Position numbers and translations under genes: made by a program. Of a stretch of DNA of 64,000 bases, positions 45,037 through 54,633 are shown piece after piece. The notes below the pieces were generated by a model. It was given only the letters and a program-made list of their open reading frames with translations. It ran no database searches and was not told where the DNA came from. Position 1 is the first letter of the stretch; each line of letters begins with the position of its first letter. The stretch is taken from the sequence record OQ599310, one strand, 5' to 3'. Source of the DNA: Escherichia phage 55.

Positions 45037-46059
45037 ATGGCTGAATGGATAGATAATGAATTTGCTTATCGTGCGTTTTCTCACCTACCTCGTTTTAGAC
45101 AAATCAATAATTCAAGCACATTTAAATTAACATTTCGATGCCCAGTTTGTGGCGACTCTCAGACAGATGCAATGAAAGCCCGCGGATGGTATTATGGCGG
45201 TACTCCAGGTAATGTGCATTGCTATAACTGTCAATATCATAATACAATTTCTGGATACTTAAAAGAGTACGATGAAGAGCTTTATCGCGAGTATCTAATG
45301 GAAGTTCGTAAAGAAAAAGCTAGAATGGAACCAAAGATTGAAAAGGTTCCTGAAGCTAAGCCGGAGCCAGAGAAAAAGACTATAAATTCTTTGCCGTCTT
45401 GTTCTCGTCTGGACAAGCTGCCTGAAGAGCATCCTATTGTGAAATATGTTAAGTCTCGGTGTATTCCTAAAGAATCGTGGAACAGATTATGGTTCACATT
45501 AGAATGGCCCAAATTGGTCAACAAGATTCAACCTGGTACGTATAAGAAAGAGATTCCCGAACCACGTTTAGTGATTCCTATTTTTAATAAAGACGGGAAG
45601 GCCGAGTCATTCCAAGGACGTGCACTTCGTAAAGATGCTCCTCAGAAATATATCACTATTAAAGCGTTTGAGTCTGCAACAAAAATTTATGGTGTTGAAC
45701 GTGTTAAGGAAGGGGACGTCTGGGTAATGGAAGGCCCTATTGATAGTTTATTCATACCCAATGCAATCGCTATTACAGGCGGCTCAATAGATTTAGATGT
45801 GGTACCATTTAAAGAACGTCGGGTATGGGTAATGGATAATGAACCTAGGCATCCGGATACTATAGCTCGTATGAAGCGATTAGTTGATGCAGGCGAACGT
45901 GTCATGTTCTGGGACCGAGCTCCATGGAGATCAAAGGATGTGAATGATATGGTAATGAAAGAAAATGCAACACCACAAGAAATTTTAGAATATATGAAAC
46001 AGAATATTTCAAGTGGGTTGCATGCTAAAATGAGATTATCTCGTTATTCGAAGATTTAA
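45037..46059 (+). CDS. 61: DNA primase gp61
   Basis: N-terminal zinc ribbon CPVCGDS...CYNC; TOPRIM-like region. Confidence 0.9.
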   Translation: MAEWIDNEFAYRAFSHLPRFRQINNSSTFKLTFRCPVCGDSQTDAMKARGWYYGGTPGNVHCYNCQYHNTISGYLKEYDEELYREYLMEVRKEKARMEPKIEKVPEAKPEPEKKTINSLPSCSRLDKLPEEHPIVKYVKSRCIPKESWNRLWFTLEWPKLVNKIQPGTYKKEIPEPRLVIPIFNKDGKAESFQGRALRKDAPQKYITIKAFESATKIYGVERVKEGDVWVMEGPIDSLFIPNAIAITGGSIDLDVVPFKERRVWVMDNEPRHPDTIARMKRLVDAGERVMFWDRAPWRSKDVNDMVMKENATPQEILEYMKQNISSGLHAKMRLSRYSKI

Positions 46060-46253
46060 ACAAGCCCTATAATAGCAAAGGCCAAATCAACTACAGTATC
46101 CAATGGAACAGAAGGAACCATAACACCATGGGCAACTAACAATGGTGCAATCCCGAAGTTCCATGAAATAATGCCACCTACAACTATTGCAGCGATAGCA
46201 GTTTTCTTTTTATTGCCTTTAATAGCGTTGATTAACGATGGAAGTTTAAACAT
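46056..46253 (-). CDS. small membrane protein on the minus strand
   Basis: AAGGAG RBS 7 nt upstream of ATG (minus strand); two hydrophobic segments; convergent with gene 61. Confidence 0.5.
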   Translation of the reverse strand: MFKLPSLINAIKGNKKKTAIAAIVVGGIISWNFGIAPLLVAHGVMVPSVPLDTVVDLAFAIIGLV

Positions 46254-46284
46254 AATATCTCCTTAGTTACCTATTATTTATTAC

Positions 46285-46308
46285 GCTTTATAAAATTAAT
46301 GGTAGAAT
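46285..46308 (+). promoter_or_regulatory. middle promoter of gene 56 (GCTTTA box + TAGAAT)
   Basis: cGCTTTA 46284..46290, 12-nt gap, TAGAAT 46303..46308. Confidence 0.45.
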
Positions 46309-46341
46309 TAACTTTCTTATACTGAATTGAAAGGAAAAATA

Positions 46342-46863
46342 ATGGCACACTTTAACGAATGTTCACAACTTATTTCTGGTGTTGATAAAGCAGAAGAAGC
46401 TTATTTTAATGCTCTGATTCACGAAGATAAAGACCCACTGCAGGTAATGCTTGATATGCAGAAATCTTTACAGGTTCGTCTGGCAAATGACAAGCCTGAA
46501 CATAACAAACATCCTGATGAATTGGCTACTGCTGGTGATGTTGTTGATTGGCTGCGTAATCAGAAAGATTATATTGATGATGAATTCCGTGAACTGCTGA
46601 CTTCACTTGGTGGTATGAGCAATGGTGAAAAAGCCGCTAGCTCTGTATGGAAGCCATGGAAAGCACAACATGCTGAATATCGTAATCGTCGTATTGATGA
46701 ACTGTCTCCTGAAGACCAACTGGAAATTAAGTTTGAAATGATTGATATTCTCCATTTCGTTCTGAACATGTTCCAAGGTCTTGGTCTTACAGCAGAAGAA
46801 ATCTTTAAACTTTATTACCTGAAAAATGCTGAAAATTTCGCACGTCAAGACCGAGGTTATTAA
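46342..46863 (+). CDS. 56: dCTP pyrophosphatase gp56
   Basis: MAHFNECSQLISGVDKAEE...; matches T4 gp56 as recalled. Confidence 0.9.
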   Translation: MAHFNECSQLISGVDKAEEAYFNALIHEDKDPLQVMLDMQKSLQVRLANDKPEHNKHPDELATAGDVVDWLRNQKDYIDDEFRELLTSLGGMSNGEKAASSVWKPWKAQHAEYRNRRIDELSPEDQLEIKFEMIDILHFVLNMFQGLGLTAEEIFKLYYLKNAENFARQDRGY

Positions 46864-47030
46864 TGGCTCGTTTAAATAAACGCCAGCTCAAGAAAGCCCA
46901 TAAGAAACGTATTGACCAGCTATTTAAAGATTATAACAAAGAGCTCGTGTGTGAGCTCTTAACTAATCAACTTCGTATGGTTGAAGTTATAGAAGGTCCT
47001 GACGAAATTTTGTCAGTGAAGAAGCTTTAA
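46863..47030 (+). CDS. small basic ORF (55 aa), not in track
   Basis: TAATG-coupled to gene 56. Confidence 0.35.
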   Translation: MARLNKRQLKKAHKKRIDQLFKDYNKELVCELLTNQLRMVEVIEGPDEILSVKKL

Positions 47031-47052
47031 AATTAATTATAGAGCATTCAAA

Positions 47053-47277
47053 ATGAAATTTGATTTCTACGCATGGCAAAAAGCCGGGAGACCGGCTAAT
47101 AAAGCATTCGGCTCTGATGGATATAATACTAGACTCCACTGGAAATTTAATACTCCAGATGATTATTCTCCGGTAATAATTAACGGCGGTGTTGTTATAT
47201 TAGCTAAATTCGGATATTTTATTGTCCCGAAGAAATTCATTATAAATACACCTGTAATTAAACAACAAAGGAGTTAA
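47053..47277 (+). CDS. possible small ORF
   Basis: track ORF; contains the soc late promoter in its 3' end. Confidence 0.3.
   Translation: MKFDFYAWQKAGRPANKAFGSDGYNTRLHWKFNTPDDYSPVIINGGVVILAKFGYFIVPKKFIINTPVIKQQRS
47241..47248 (+). promoter_or_regulatory. late promoter TATAAATA of soc
   Basis: exact TATAAATA 32 nt upstream of soc ATG. Confidence 0.6.
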
Positions 47278-47279
47278 TT

Positions 47280-47516
47280 ATGGGTGGTTATGTAAACATC
47301 AAAACCTTTACGCATCCTGCTGGTGAAGGTAAAGAAGTTAAAGGTATGGAAGTTTCTGTGCCGTTTGAGATTTATTCAAACGAACATCGGATCGCAGATT
47401 CTCATTACCAAATCTTTCCATCAGAAAAGGCAGCTTATTCTACTGTAGTTTCTGATGCAGCTGACTGGAAAACTAAGAACGCTGCAATGTTTACCCCTAC
47501 ACCAGTAAGTGGTTAA
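47280..47516 (+). CDS. soc: small outer capsid protein Soc
   Basis: GYVNIKTF...HYQIFPSEKAAYSTV matches T4 Soc as recalled; late promoter upstream. Confidence 0.85.
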   Translation: MGGYVNIKTFTHPAGEGKEVKGMEVSVPFEIYSNEHRIADSHYQIFPSEKAAYSTVVSDAADWKTKNAAMFTPTPVSG

Positions 47517-47525
47517 ATAATTTAA

Positions 47526-47551
47526 GGAATCCTTCGGGATTCCTTTTTTTT
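47526..47551 (+). terminator. strong rho-independent terminator (UUCG tetraloop, U8 tail) after soc
   Basis: GGAATCC-TTCG-GGATTCC + TTTTTTTT. Confidence 0.75.
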
Positions 47552-47560
47552 GTTTATACA

Positions 47561-47590
47561 GTTTACAACCACTAAAAACTGTGTTAAGAT
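47561..47590 (+). promoter_or_regulatory. early promoter (GTTTAC, TAAGAT)
   Basis: GTTTAC 47561..47566; same GTGTTAAGAT -10 region as the promoter at 18448. Confidence 0.45.
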
Positions 47591-47618
47591 ATTCTTACTT
47601 ACTCAAGAGGAGAACAAT

Positions 47619-47846
47619 ATGTTAAATCGTTGGATTAAACCTAATAACACATTAGGTGCTTTGATTGCTCAAGAAGTTTCGTTGAAATACGGTCTTGGAT
47701 ATTACGATGATGTAGTCATACACTCATTCATGATGGATGGTGAAGACGTCAAATTTAATGCTGAAATCCGTTGGGATGATGGTGGTGTTCGTTTTGTTCG
47801 AGGAACAATTAATGCTTACGATACTGAAGAAGTTATTTGCTGTTAA
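47619..47846 (+). CDS. hypothetical protein (75 aa)
   Basis: AAGAGGAG RBS before ATG 47619. Confidence 0.5.
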   Translation: MLNRWIKPNNTLGALIAQEVSLKYGLGYYDDVVIHSFMMDGEDVKFNAEIRWDDGGVRFVRGTINAYDTEEVICC

Positions 47847-47859
47847 ACCAGGCGAAGGG

Positions 47860-48048
47860 ATGATGCCTATTCCTGATACACACGAAAAAAGTTGGGAATA
47901 CATTGGTGACGGCATGATGGAAGAAGTTATTCGTCCTAAGTCTGCTTCAAGCTCTTCAAGTTATAATCATTCATACGTATCGTCTTGGCCTGGTGATTCC
48001 GGGTCAAGTTATTCTGATTGTGGTTCAAGCTCAGGGAGCTGCGAATGA
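47860..48048 (+). CDS. hypothetical Ser-rich small protein
   Basis: GAAGGG RBS before ATGATG at 47860. Confidence 0.4.
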   Translation: MMPIPDTHEKSWEYIGDGMMEEVIRPKSASSSSSYNHSYVSSWPGDSGSSYSDCGSSSGSCE

Positions 48049-48224
48049 ACAAGTTAGTTAAATGGTTTAAAAGCTGGGACGATGGTGTCGGTCCAGAAGA
48101 TTGGCTGGATGTTCTTGAAGAGAATATGGCTAAAGAATTCCAGAAACATGAAGAAAAGCTCGTCGAAGATGAAGGCGAACGTATTGTAAAACTTTATATG
48201 GGTGAACCATCGAGGAAATTATAA
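48045..48224 (+). CDS. hypothetical small protein
   Basis: GGGAG RBS before ATG 48045. Confidence 0.45.
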   Translation: MNKLVKWFKSWDDGVGPEDWLDVLEENMAKEFQKHEEKLVEDEGERIVKLYMGEPSRKL

Positions 48225-48688
48225 TGGATGCTATGCTATTTAAAATGTATTTGCTTGAAGCCAAGTCATTTAAACATATACCAGTAGAAGATAAGACTCC
48301 ACTAGAAATAGCTATTCTCATTAACAAAAGTCTAAATAATCCGCAATATATCGTAGAAGAATTCTGCAAATTGCAGATTCCTAAAGGTTACAAAATTCGT
48401 GTAGAGCGAGTTGGAGCTATTACTCGTTCTAAAAATTCTCCGTTTAGTCTTGAAGAAGGCATAAAGGACTTAGGTTATGAATCCACGGAAAATGCTGTTT
48501 ATGTGAATCCTGAAAAGCGTTTAGACCTGTTTGAAAAGCGGGACCATAAGTATTTTGCCAAAAAATACTTTATTACATCATTAGCAGATTTAGTCCATTT
48601 GCAACGAGCTATTTGGAAATTTTTTAAGACAAAAGGTGTAGCGCTAGAAACATTCTCCGAGCAGCCTAGTTTTTATTTAGGTGAATAA
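48224..48688 (+). CDS. hypothetical protein (154 aa)
   Basis: ATGA-style coupled ORF. Confidence 0.55.
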   Translation: MDAMLFKMYLLEAKSFKHIPVEDKTPLEIAILINKSLNNPQYIVEEFCKLQIPKGYKIRVERVGAITRSKNSPFSLEEGIKDLGYESTENAVYVNPEKRLDLFEKRDHKYFAKKYFITSLADLVHLQRAIWKFFKTKGVALETFSEQPSFYLGE

Positions 48689-48689
48689 T

Positions 48690-48869
48690 ATGGACCTTAT
48701 GAGTATGTTTGACGAGCCTGAAGTTGAGGCTCCTAAAGTGCATCGTAGTGAACTTGTTGATGAACTAGATAGTATTATACAACGACACGGCTTTAGTTTA
48801 CCTGTTGAAGCCCTGAAAGACCTTGCCTCTTATTATGACGACCCTCCGCCATGGAGTCCTTGGAAATGA
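48690..48869 (+). CDS. hypothetical acidic small protein
   Basis: ATG 48690 after upstream stop. Confidence 0.45.
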   Translation: MDLMSMFDEPEVEAPKVHRSELVDELDSIIQRHGFSLPVEALKDLASYYDDPPPWSPWK

Positions 48870-49030
48870 AAGAGAAATTTAAAGAGAAATTCTTACTAGA
48901 AATCAAGGAAAAAGACTTTGAGACATGGTATCGAATGGTGAAAGGGTTGACATTGCTTTTTAAAGCATCTTTATTCATGTTAGAACAACCCGGTCCTGAT
49001 GGTCCTTTAGTAGGAAAGCTTAAAAAGTAG
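48866..49030 (+). CDS. small ORF (54 aa), not in track
   Basis: ATGA-coupled; Lys-rich. Confidence 0.3.
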   Translation: MKEKFKEKFLLEIKEKDFETWYRMVKGLTLLFKASLFMLEQPGPDGPLVGKLKK

Positions 49031-49058
49031 TTTACATTCCCTCCTCTCGTGTTATGAT
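49030..49058 (+). promoter_or_regulatory. early promoter (GTTTAC, 17-nt spacer, TATGAT)
   Basis: GTTTAC 49030..49035; TATGAT 49053..49058. Confidence 0.5.
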
Positions 49059-49085
49059 AGGCTTATCTTTAAATGGAGGTCTATC

Positions 49086-49667
49086 ATGACATGTCAATCT
49101 GAACTTCAAGAACGCGAGTATCTCGCAGCACTAATTAACGATAAATTCACTAAACAAGAACAAAACATTCTCTGGGCTTGCACCGATTCTAAGGAAGACC
49201 CGGATTTCCACTATGAATTAGACCATCTTGTTCGTAAGCATATGACTTCTACAGTACCAGTAGAACTCTACCGTGGTGTAACTCCAGAAGAAGTAGAACA
49301 TCTTTCCCTTCTTTCTGTTGGATGCCATTGGTCTCCTGGACGAGTAACATCGTTCACAACTGATTTCAGTACGGCTCGTCAATTCTCTGGGAGATGGGAA
49401 TATCAGACGTACACTATTCTTAGTCTCAGGAATGCTCCATTCATTTTTGATTACTACCAAAACATGGTTAACATTGTACTCGCCGGAAAGAATCCTAAGC
49501 ATGTTATGGAAGAAACGCGCGTTGACGTCCTAGATATGATTGAATCTGAACAAGAGTACATGGTCTCAGGCATCTCTAGATTTGAGATTGTGGAAATTGA
49601 AGACTTAGAATATGACCCTTTATCTCGATTATACAAAATCATTCATTTGAAAATGTTGAATTTTTAG
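49086..49667 (+). CDS. modA: mono-ADP-ribosyltransferase, ModA-like
   Basis: R / S-T / E-x-E ART-type motifs (YRG..., SFTTD, EQEYMV); first of two tandem paralogs. Confidence 0.5.
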   Translation: MTCQSELQEREYLAALINDKFTKQEQNILWACTDSKEDPDFHYELDHLVRKHMTSTVPVELYRGVTPEEVEHLSLLSVGCHWSPGRVTSFTTDFSTARQFSGRWEYQTYTILSLRNAPFIFDYYQNMVNIVLAGKNPKHVMEETRVDVLDMIESEQEYMVSGISRFEIVEIEDLEYDPLSRLYKIIHLKMLNF

Positions 49668-49724
49668 TGTACAAACTCTTCCTATGATGATACTATACCT
49701 TTATCAACAACAGGAGAAACCAAA

Positions 49725-50333
49725 ATGTTTATGCCGTATAACGAGTGTGAAATTGAAGAAATGGTTCGTCGTGCTCAAAACCCCGAATATCAAGATGTAT
49801 TGCAGTACGAAATTGATAGTCAATTCAGCGACATTGAACAAAGTGTACTGTGGCAGTGTATGGAAAACAAGCCAGACTGTATTCAACAGGAGTTAAGTTC
49901 AATCGTTCGTAGAAATTGGACGTCTTCTGTTCCTGAGACAATGTATCGTGGAATCTCTAAGAAAACTATGGCCACACTTGATGATAAAGGCATCGGTAGT
50001 ATTATTAAATTTGACAGAGTAATGAGCTTCAGTCCAGTGTTCGGTGTAGCACGTAACTTTGCTTCGTATAATTTTTACGGAACATTTAATATGTTCTGCA
50101 TCAAAGATGCACCATTTGCTTTCAACTTCCGTGAACATATGCTTAACATGATTCTGGCTGCGCCATCTTGTGAGTTCAATGGAGCTTTCCCTGAAGCGAC
50201 AAGACGGTCTAATGCTAGACTTATATCTGACGAATGTGAATTTATGCTCCCTATAGGGACTACACTGCGTGTAGATTCTATTATTCAAGATGGACGTTAT
50301 ACAATCTGGAATCTGTCTATTGTCGGTTACTGA
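49725..50333 (+). CDS. modB: mono-ADP-ribosyltransferase, ModB-like
   Basis: paralog of previous ORF (YRGISKK..., SFSP..., ECEFMLP). Confidence 0.5.
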   Translation: MFMPYNECEIEEMVRRAQNPEYQDVLQYEIDSQFSDIEQSVLWQCMENKPDCIQQELSSIVRRNWTSSVPETMYRGISKKTMATLDDKGIGSIIKFDRVMSFSPVFGVARNFASYNFYGTFNMFCIKDAPFAFNFREHMLNMILAAPSCEFNGAFPEATRRSNARLISDECEFMLPIGTTLRVDSIIQDGRYTIWNLSIVGY

Positions 50334-50486
50334 CTGGATTGGAATAACCGGATGGAACTCAGAACCATTATAACACATAAAAAATTAAAGCATTTTATGA
50401 AAAAAGAGTGTACACTACCTGAGGGCATGATATTATAAGCTTATCAGCTAAATGACCTTAACGTCCGTAAGACAGAGGAAAATATT

Positions 50487-51233
50487 ATGTTATCAAATAA
50501 TAAAATTAACAAAATCAATCGTCGTCTTGACCACACCAGAGCTTCTGCGAAGAGACGCTCTAAGGATTTTAACTTAGACTTTAATTACCTTAAAAACATT
50601 CTTGATCAAAAGGTCTGCGCTTACTCAGGTGAATCTTTTAATAACTCTGTTGAAGGTGAGAAATTATCCTTAGAACGTTTTAATAATGATATAGGCTACA
50701 TTAAAGGTAATGTTATCCCAGTTAAGAAAAAATATAACACGGCTCGTTCTGATTTAACACTAGAAGAACTTATTGAGAAACGTGACGCTGTTGCAAGACG
50801 TATTGCTAATCCTTCTGCCCGTAAAGTAGAGAAACTTAATCTCGACGAGAAGAAATGGGCCCAAATTAAAAAGGTTTATGATACTATTTTAAAAATCCGA
50901 GCAAAACGTGAAAATCGTGTTAAGCATATGGCGAACATGATGAAAAATCAACCTTTATCTAACGAATCTAAACTTAGAATTGTTGCTTTGAAAGCACGCA
51001 TTAATGGCTCACATCAAGCAGAAGGCCATGAACTTACTAAACTCAACGTTCTTCTTAAAGGCTCTGACTGGAAAACTAAAACTAAATTAACTGACGCTGA
51101 ATCGCTTTTCGATACATATGATAAAGTTATCCAAGGTCTGCGACGTTTTGAAAAGATTGGTTTCATTGGTAAATTAAAATTGAAACGTGGCTTACCACTT
51201 AGCGCATCATTATTCCAACTGATTAAAGGTTAA
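50487..51233 (+). CDS. Srd-like protein (by position and size)
   Basis: 248-aa basic protein between modB-like gene and dda, as T4 srd. Confidence 0.4.
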   Translation: MLSNNKINKINRRLDHTRASAKRRSKDFNLDFNYLKNILDQKVCAYSGESFNNSVEGEKLSLERFNNDIGYIKGNVIPVKKKYNTARSDLTLEELIEKRDAVARRIANPSARKVEKLNLDEKKWAQIKKVYDTILKIRAKRENRVKHMANMMKNQPLSNESKLRIVALKARINGSHQAEGHELTKLNVLLKGSDWKTKTKLTDAESLFDTYDKVIQGLRRFEKIGFIGKLKLKRGLPLSASLFQLIKG

Positions 51234-51235
51234 TT

Positions 51236-51547
51236 ATGGTTTATGTATATGCAATAGTTTATCGAGATATGGAAGGATTTACTGTCCCGGTTCCACTTGA
51301 TGAGCATCGTCCTGCAGTATTTTTTAGAAAGGATATTGCAGATAAAGTTTTCGATACTTTGAAAACACAGTATAAAACAGATTTAAAAATGGGAGTTCTA
51401 AGAATGGTCGAAACTCCGCGTAAGTTCTGGTTTAATAAGCTTGAAATGAAACACGTTAAACTAGATGCGGAGACGCAAAGATTGTATCAACGAATTCTGG
51501 ACACAGGCCGTATTGTTAGTATTCCAATTGCAGGGACTTTACGATGA
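51236..51547 (+). CDS. hypothetical protein (dda.1 position)
   Basis: 103 aa, ATGA-coupled to dda. Confidence 0.5.
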   Translation: MVYVYAIVYRDMEGFTVPVPLDEHRPAVFFRKDIADKVFDTLKTQYKTDLKMGVLRMVETPRKFWFNKLEMKHVKLDAETQRLYQRILDTGRIVSIPIAGTLR

Positions 51548-52857
51548 CATTTGATGATTTGACTGAAGGCCAGAAAAACGCCTTCAACGTTGTTATGAAC
51601 GCTATTAAAGAAAAGAAACATCACGTAACTATTAATGGGCCTGCTGGTACAGGTAAAACAACCCTTACTAGATTCATCGTTGAAGCTCTTATTTCTGCCG
51701 GAGAATCAGGTATTATTTTAGCAGCCCCTACACATGCTGCTAAAAAGGTTCTAAGCAAACTTGCGGGTCAAGAAGCATCGACTATTCATAGCATTCTTAA
51801 AATCAACCCAACTACATACGAAGAAAACGTATTGTTTGAACAGAAAAAGGTTCCCGACTTAGCCTTGTGTCGTGTACTGTTATTTGATGAAGCGTCAATG
51901 TGTGACCGTTCTCTGTTTAAAATAATGTTAGCTAGTATCCCTAAATGGTGCACAGTAATTGGAATTGGTGACCGATGTCAGATTCGACCGGTAGACCCAG
52001 GCGAATCAACTGCGTATCTAAGTCCTTTCTTCACTCACAAAGACTTTGTGCAATGCGACCTTACAGAAGTTAAACGTAGCAATGCACCAATTATTGATGT
52101 TGCGACTGATATTCGTAATGGCAAATGGATTTATGATAAAGTAGTTGATGGGCATGGTGTTCATGGATATACAGACCTTAAATCGTATATGATGAATTAT
52201 TTTAATGTCGTTAAAACTCCTGAAGACCTTTTCGAAAATCGAATGATGGCATTCACAAATAAGTCAGTAGATAAGTTGAATTCAATTATTCGCCGAAAAC
52301 TTCTTGAAACAGAAAAACCATTTATTAAAGACGAAGTCATTGTTCTACAAGAGCCGTTTACCAAGACATATAAGCTAGATGGCAAAAATATGACCGAAAT
52401 GCTTTTCAATAACGGGCAGTTCGTTCGTATTCGAGACGCTGTAGAAACGTCTACATTCGTTAAAGCACGTGGTGTTTCAGGCGAATATATGATACGATAC
52501 TGGAATCTTACAGTAGAAACATATGGCGATGATGAAGAATACGTCCGCGAGGATATAAAGGTTATTTCTTCTGAAGAAGAGCTTTATAAATTCAATTTGT
52601 TTTTGGCTAAGACCGCAGAAACATATAAATTCTGGAATAAAGGCGGTAAAGCTCCATGGAGCGAATTCTGGGATGCTAAACGTATGTTCACTAAGGTGAA
52701 GGCATTACCAGTATCAACCTTCCATAAGGCCCAGGGTATGTCTGTTGACACGGCCTTTGTTTATACACCGTGTATCCATTATGCCGATTCAGAATTAGCC
52801 AAACAATTACTATATGTCGGCACAACTCGTGGTCGTTTTGACGTCCATTTTATTTGA
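51544..52857 (+). CDS. dda: SF1 DNA helicase Dda
   Basis: Walker A GPAGTGKTT, Walker B LLFDEAS; matches T4 Dda as recalled. Confidence 0.9.
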   Translation: MTFDDLTEGQKNAFNVVMNAIKEKKHHVTINGPAGTGKTTLTRFIVEALISAGESGIILAAPTHAAKKVLSKLAGQEASTIHSILKINPTTYEENVLFEQKKVPDLALCRVLLFDEASMCDRSLFKIMLASIPKWCTVIGIGDRCQIRPVDPGESTAYLSPFFTHKDFVQCDLTEVKRSNAPIIDVATDIRNGKWIYDKVVDGHGVHGYTDLKSYMMNYFNVVKTPEDLFENRMMAFTNKSVDKLNSIIRRKLLETEKPFIKDEVIVLQEPFTKTYKLDGKNMTEMLFNNGQFVRIRDAVETSTFVKARGVSGEYMIRYWNLTVETYGDDEEYVREDIKVISSEEELYKFNLFLAKTAETYKFWNKGGKAPWSEFWDAKRMFTKVKALPVSTFHKAQGMSVDTAFVYTPCIHYADSELAKQLLYVGTTRGRFDVHFI

Positions 52858-52866
52858 GAGAAAATT

Positions 52867-53544
52867 ATGAGCACTGATGTTATTATAGATTTTGAAACAT
52901 TCGGCAATACATCAAAAGCGGCTGTTATTGACCTTGCGGTTATTGCATATAATTCGGACCCTGAAGTTGTTGAAACATTTGAAGAACTTGTTCAACGAGG
53001 TAAGCGAATTAAATTTAATTTAGCTTCTCAAAAAGGGAAGCGAGTTTTCGCTAAATCCACTATGAAATGGTGGAAAGAACAATCAGCAGAAGCACGTAAA
53101 AACCTGGCTCCGTCTGAAGACGATGTCACTACGCTTGAAGGCATTAAAATCTTTTTAGACTATTGCCGAGCTAATAAAGTTGACCAATGGAAATCACAGA
53201 TGTGGTGCCGTGGTATGAGCTTTGACTTCCCGATCTTGGTCGATTTGATTCGTGACCTCTATCGTGATGAAGGTGTTCTTGAACCAGATATTGATACTGA
53301 TAAATTAGAACCTGTTAAATTCTGGGCTCAACGTGATATTCGTACGGCAATCGAAGCTTACTCGTTGACACGAGGATTAAGTATGTGTCCATTACCGATG
53401 GGTACGCTAAAAGGATTCGTTGCCCATGATAGTATTCATGATTGTGCTAAAGATATTTTGATGTTAAAATATGCTCAGCGTTATGCGCTTGGCCTTGAAG
53501 ATGTCCCTGAGAATCCTGACCCGTTAAGTGTAAAACAGCGATAA
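52867..53544 (+). CDS. dexA: exonuclease A (DEDD family)
   Basis: IIDFETFG exo I motif; HDSIHD motif; matches T4 DexA as recalled. Confidence 0.85.
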   Translation: MSTDVIIDFETFGNTSKAAVIDLAVIAYNSDPEVVETFEELVQRGKRIKFNLASQKGKRVFAKSTMKWWKEQSAEARKNLAPSEDDVTTLEGIKIFLDYCRANKVDQWKSQMWCRGMSFDFPILVDLIRDLYRDEGVLEPDIDTDKLEPVKFWAQRDIRTAIEAYSLTRGLSMCPLPMGTLKGFVAHDSIHDCAKDILMLKYAQRYALGLEDVPENPDPLSVKQR

Positions 53545-53549
53545 AACCA

Positions 53550-53579
53550 GTTTACAACCAAGGATGGTTGGAGTATAAT
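53550..53579 (+). promoter_or_regulatory. early promoter, copy 3 of conserved promoter repeat
   Basis: GTTTAC-AACCAAGGATGGTTGGAG-TATAAT. Confidence 0.55.
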
Positions 53580-53609
53580 CTTTCTATCTTAACCAAACAG
53601 GAAAACATT

Positions 53610-54104
53610 ATGAATATCAATACTACGGCTACTTACATCCTGAAAGATGAAAAACAAATCAACTGGTATGGTGCTTCAGTGCGAGCTTATGAAAAGTTTT
53701 GTGAAATTTTAGGTGCCACTCAAGGTAATAGTTTCACTATTGTTAACTTCATCAAACAAGTTGAAGGCCCTTGGTTATTCTTAGAAATTAAAAATTCATA
53801 TGGTACAATTTCTACTACCGCCCTTCCAAGCACCGACTTTGAACTGCTGATTGAAGAAGTAGAACCCGTTAAAGATATCTGTATTGATATGGATATCGCT
53901 TGTATGTACGGTACTCTTATTAAGCCTATTGAGCCTACTGATTTGCTGTGTAAATATGTTTCAATTCGACGCCCATTCGCTGGTCCAGTAAATGGATGGG
54001 TAACTGATCAGTGGATTGAAGACGGTGTTGAACTTCTGAACGTTGTTCATGCCGGTGATTTTAGTGTGGTTCCACGTAGTGCAGTAGTTAATATTCTAAA
54101 TTAA
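53610..54104 (+). CDS. paralog 1 of a three-gene family (conserved C-terminal GW[IV][ST]DQW[IV]EDG...N[IV]V...GDF.VV)
   Basis: ATG 53610 (track start 53568 is a TTG inside the promoter repeat). Confidence 0.55.
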   Translation: MNINTTATYILKDEKQINWYGASVRAYEKFCEILGATQGNSFTIVNFIKQVEGPWLFLEIKNSYGTISTTALPSTDFELLIEEVEPVKDICIDMDIACMYGTLIKPIEPTDLLCKYVSIRRPFAGPVNGWVTDQWIEDGVELLNVVHAGDFSVVPRSAVVNILN

Positions 54105-54107
54105 TGT

Positions 54108-54136
54108 TGTACATCCAAGGATGGATGGAGTATAGT
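54108..54136 (+). promoter_or_regulatory. early promoter, diverged copy 4 of conserved promoter repeat
   Basis: TGTACA-TCCAAGGATGGATGGAG-TATAGT. Confidence 0.5.
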
Positions 54137-54168
54137 GAATTCAATTTAAACAAAGAGAGAGAGAAATT

Positions 54169-54624
54169 ATGATTACTATTGGTGAAATTAAGCGTGTATC
54201 GTCTGCATCTCGTTCTAAAGCTGCAGGTCGTCTAGTTGAAGTGGTAGGACTTCGTACTAATGGTACTGGACGTGTTAAAGAAGTTAAAGTTCGAATCATT
54301 CCTAGTTCTGGAAAAACTGAAACTCAGTACGCTTACGTAAGTCCTAAATTCTTGGAAACTCATGTGAGCGCTCATTTTGCTTCTACTGAACCTAATGTAC
54401 AGTTCAAATGGGCCCTTTGCAAAGGCGTTGAATTCCGGACTGATAAAGAATTTGATTTCATCGACGAATATGGTTATCCAAACAAAACTGATATTATGTG
54501 CGGCTTCATCACTGACCAATGGGTTGAAGATGGTGAAAAGTTATACAATATCGTATTCTTAGGTGACTTCCGAGTTGTTAAAGAATCTGAAATCACTCGC
54601 TATGTGTCTCCTCGTAAAGCTTAA
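54169..54624 (+). CDS. paralog 2 of the three-gene family
   Basis: shares N-terminal SRSK(A/V)AG(R/K)LVEV and C-terminal GFITDQWVEDGEKLYNIVFLGDFRVV with paralog 3. Confidence 0.55.
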   Translation: MITIGEIKRVSSASRSKAAGRLVEVVGLRTNGTGRVKEVKVRIIPSSGKTETQYAYVSPKFLETHVSAHFASTEPNVQFKWALCKGVEFRTDKEFDFIDEYGYPNKTDIMCGFITDQWVEDGEKLYNIVFLGDFRVVKESEITRYVSPRKA

Positions 54625-54633
54625 GGAATTATT

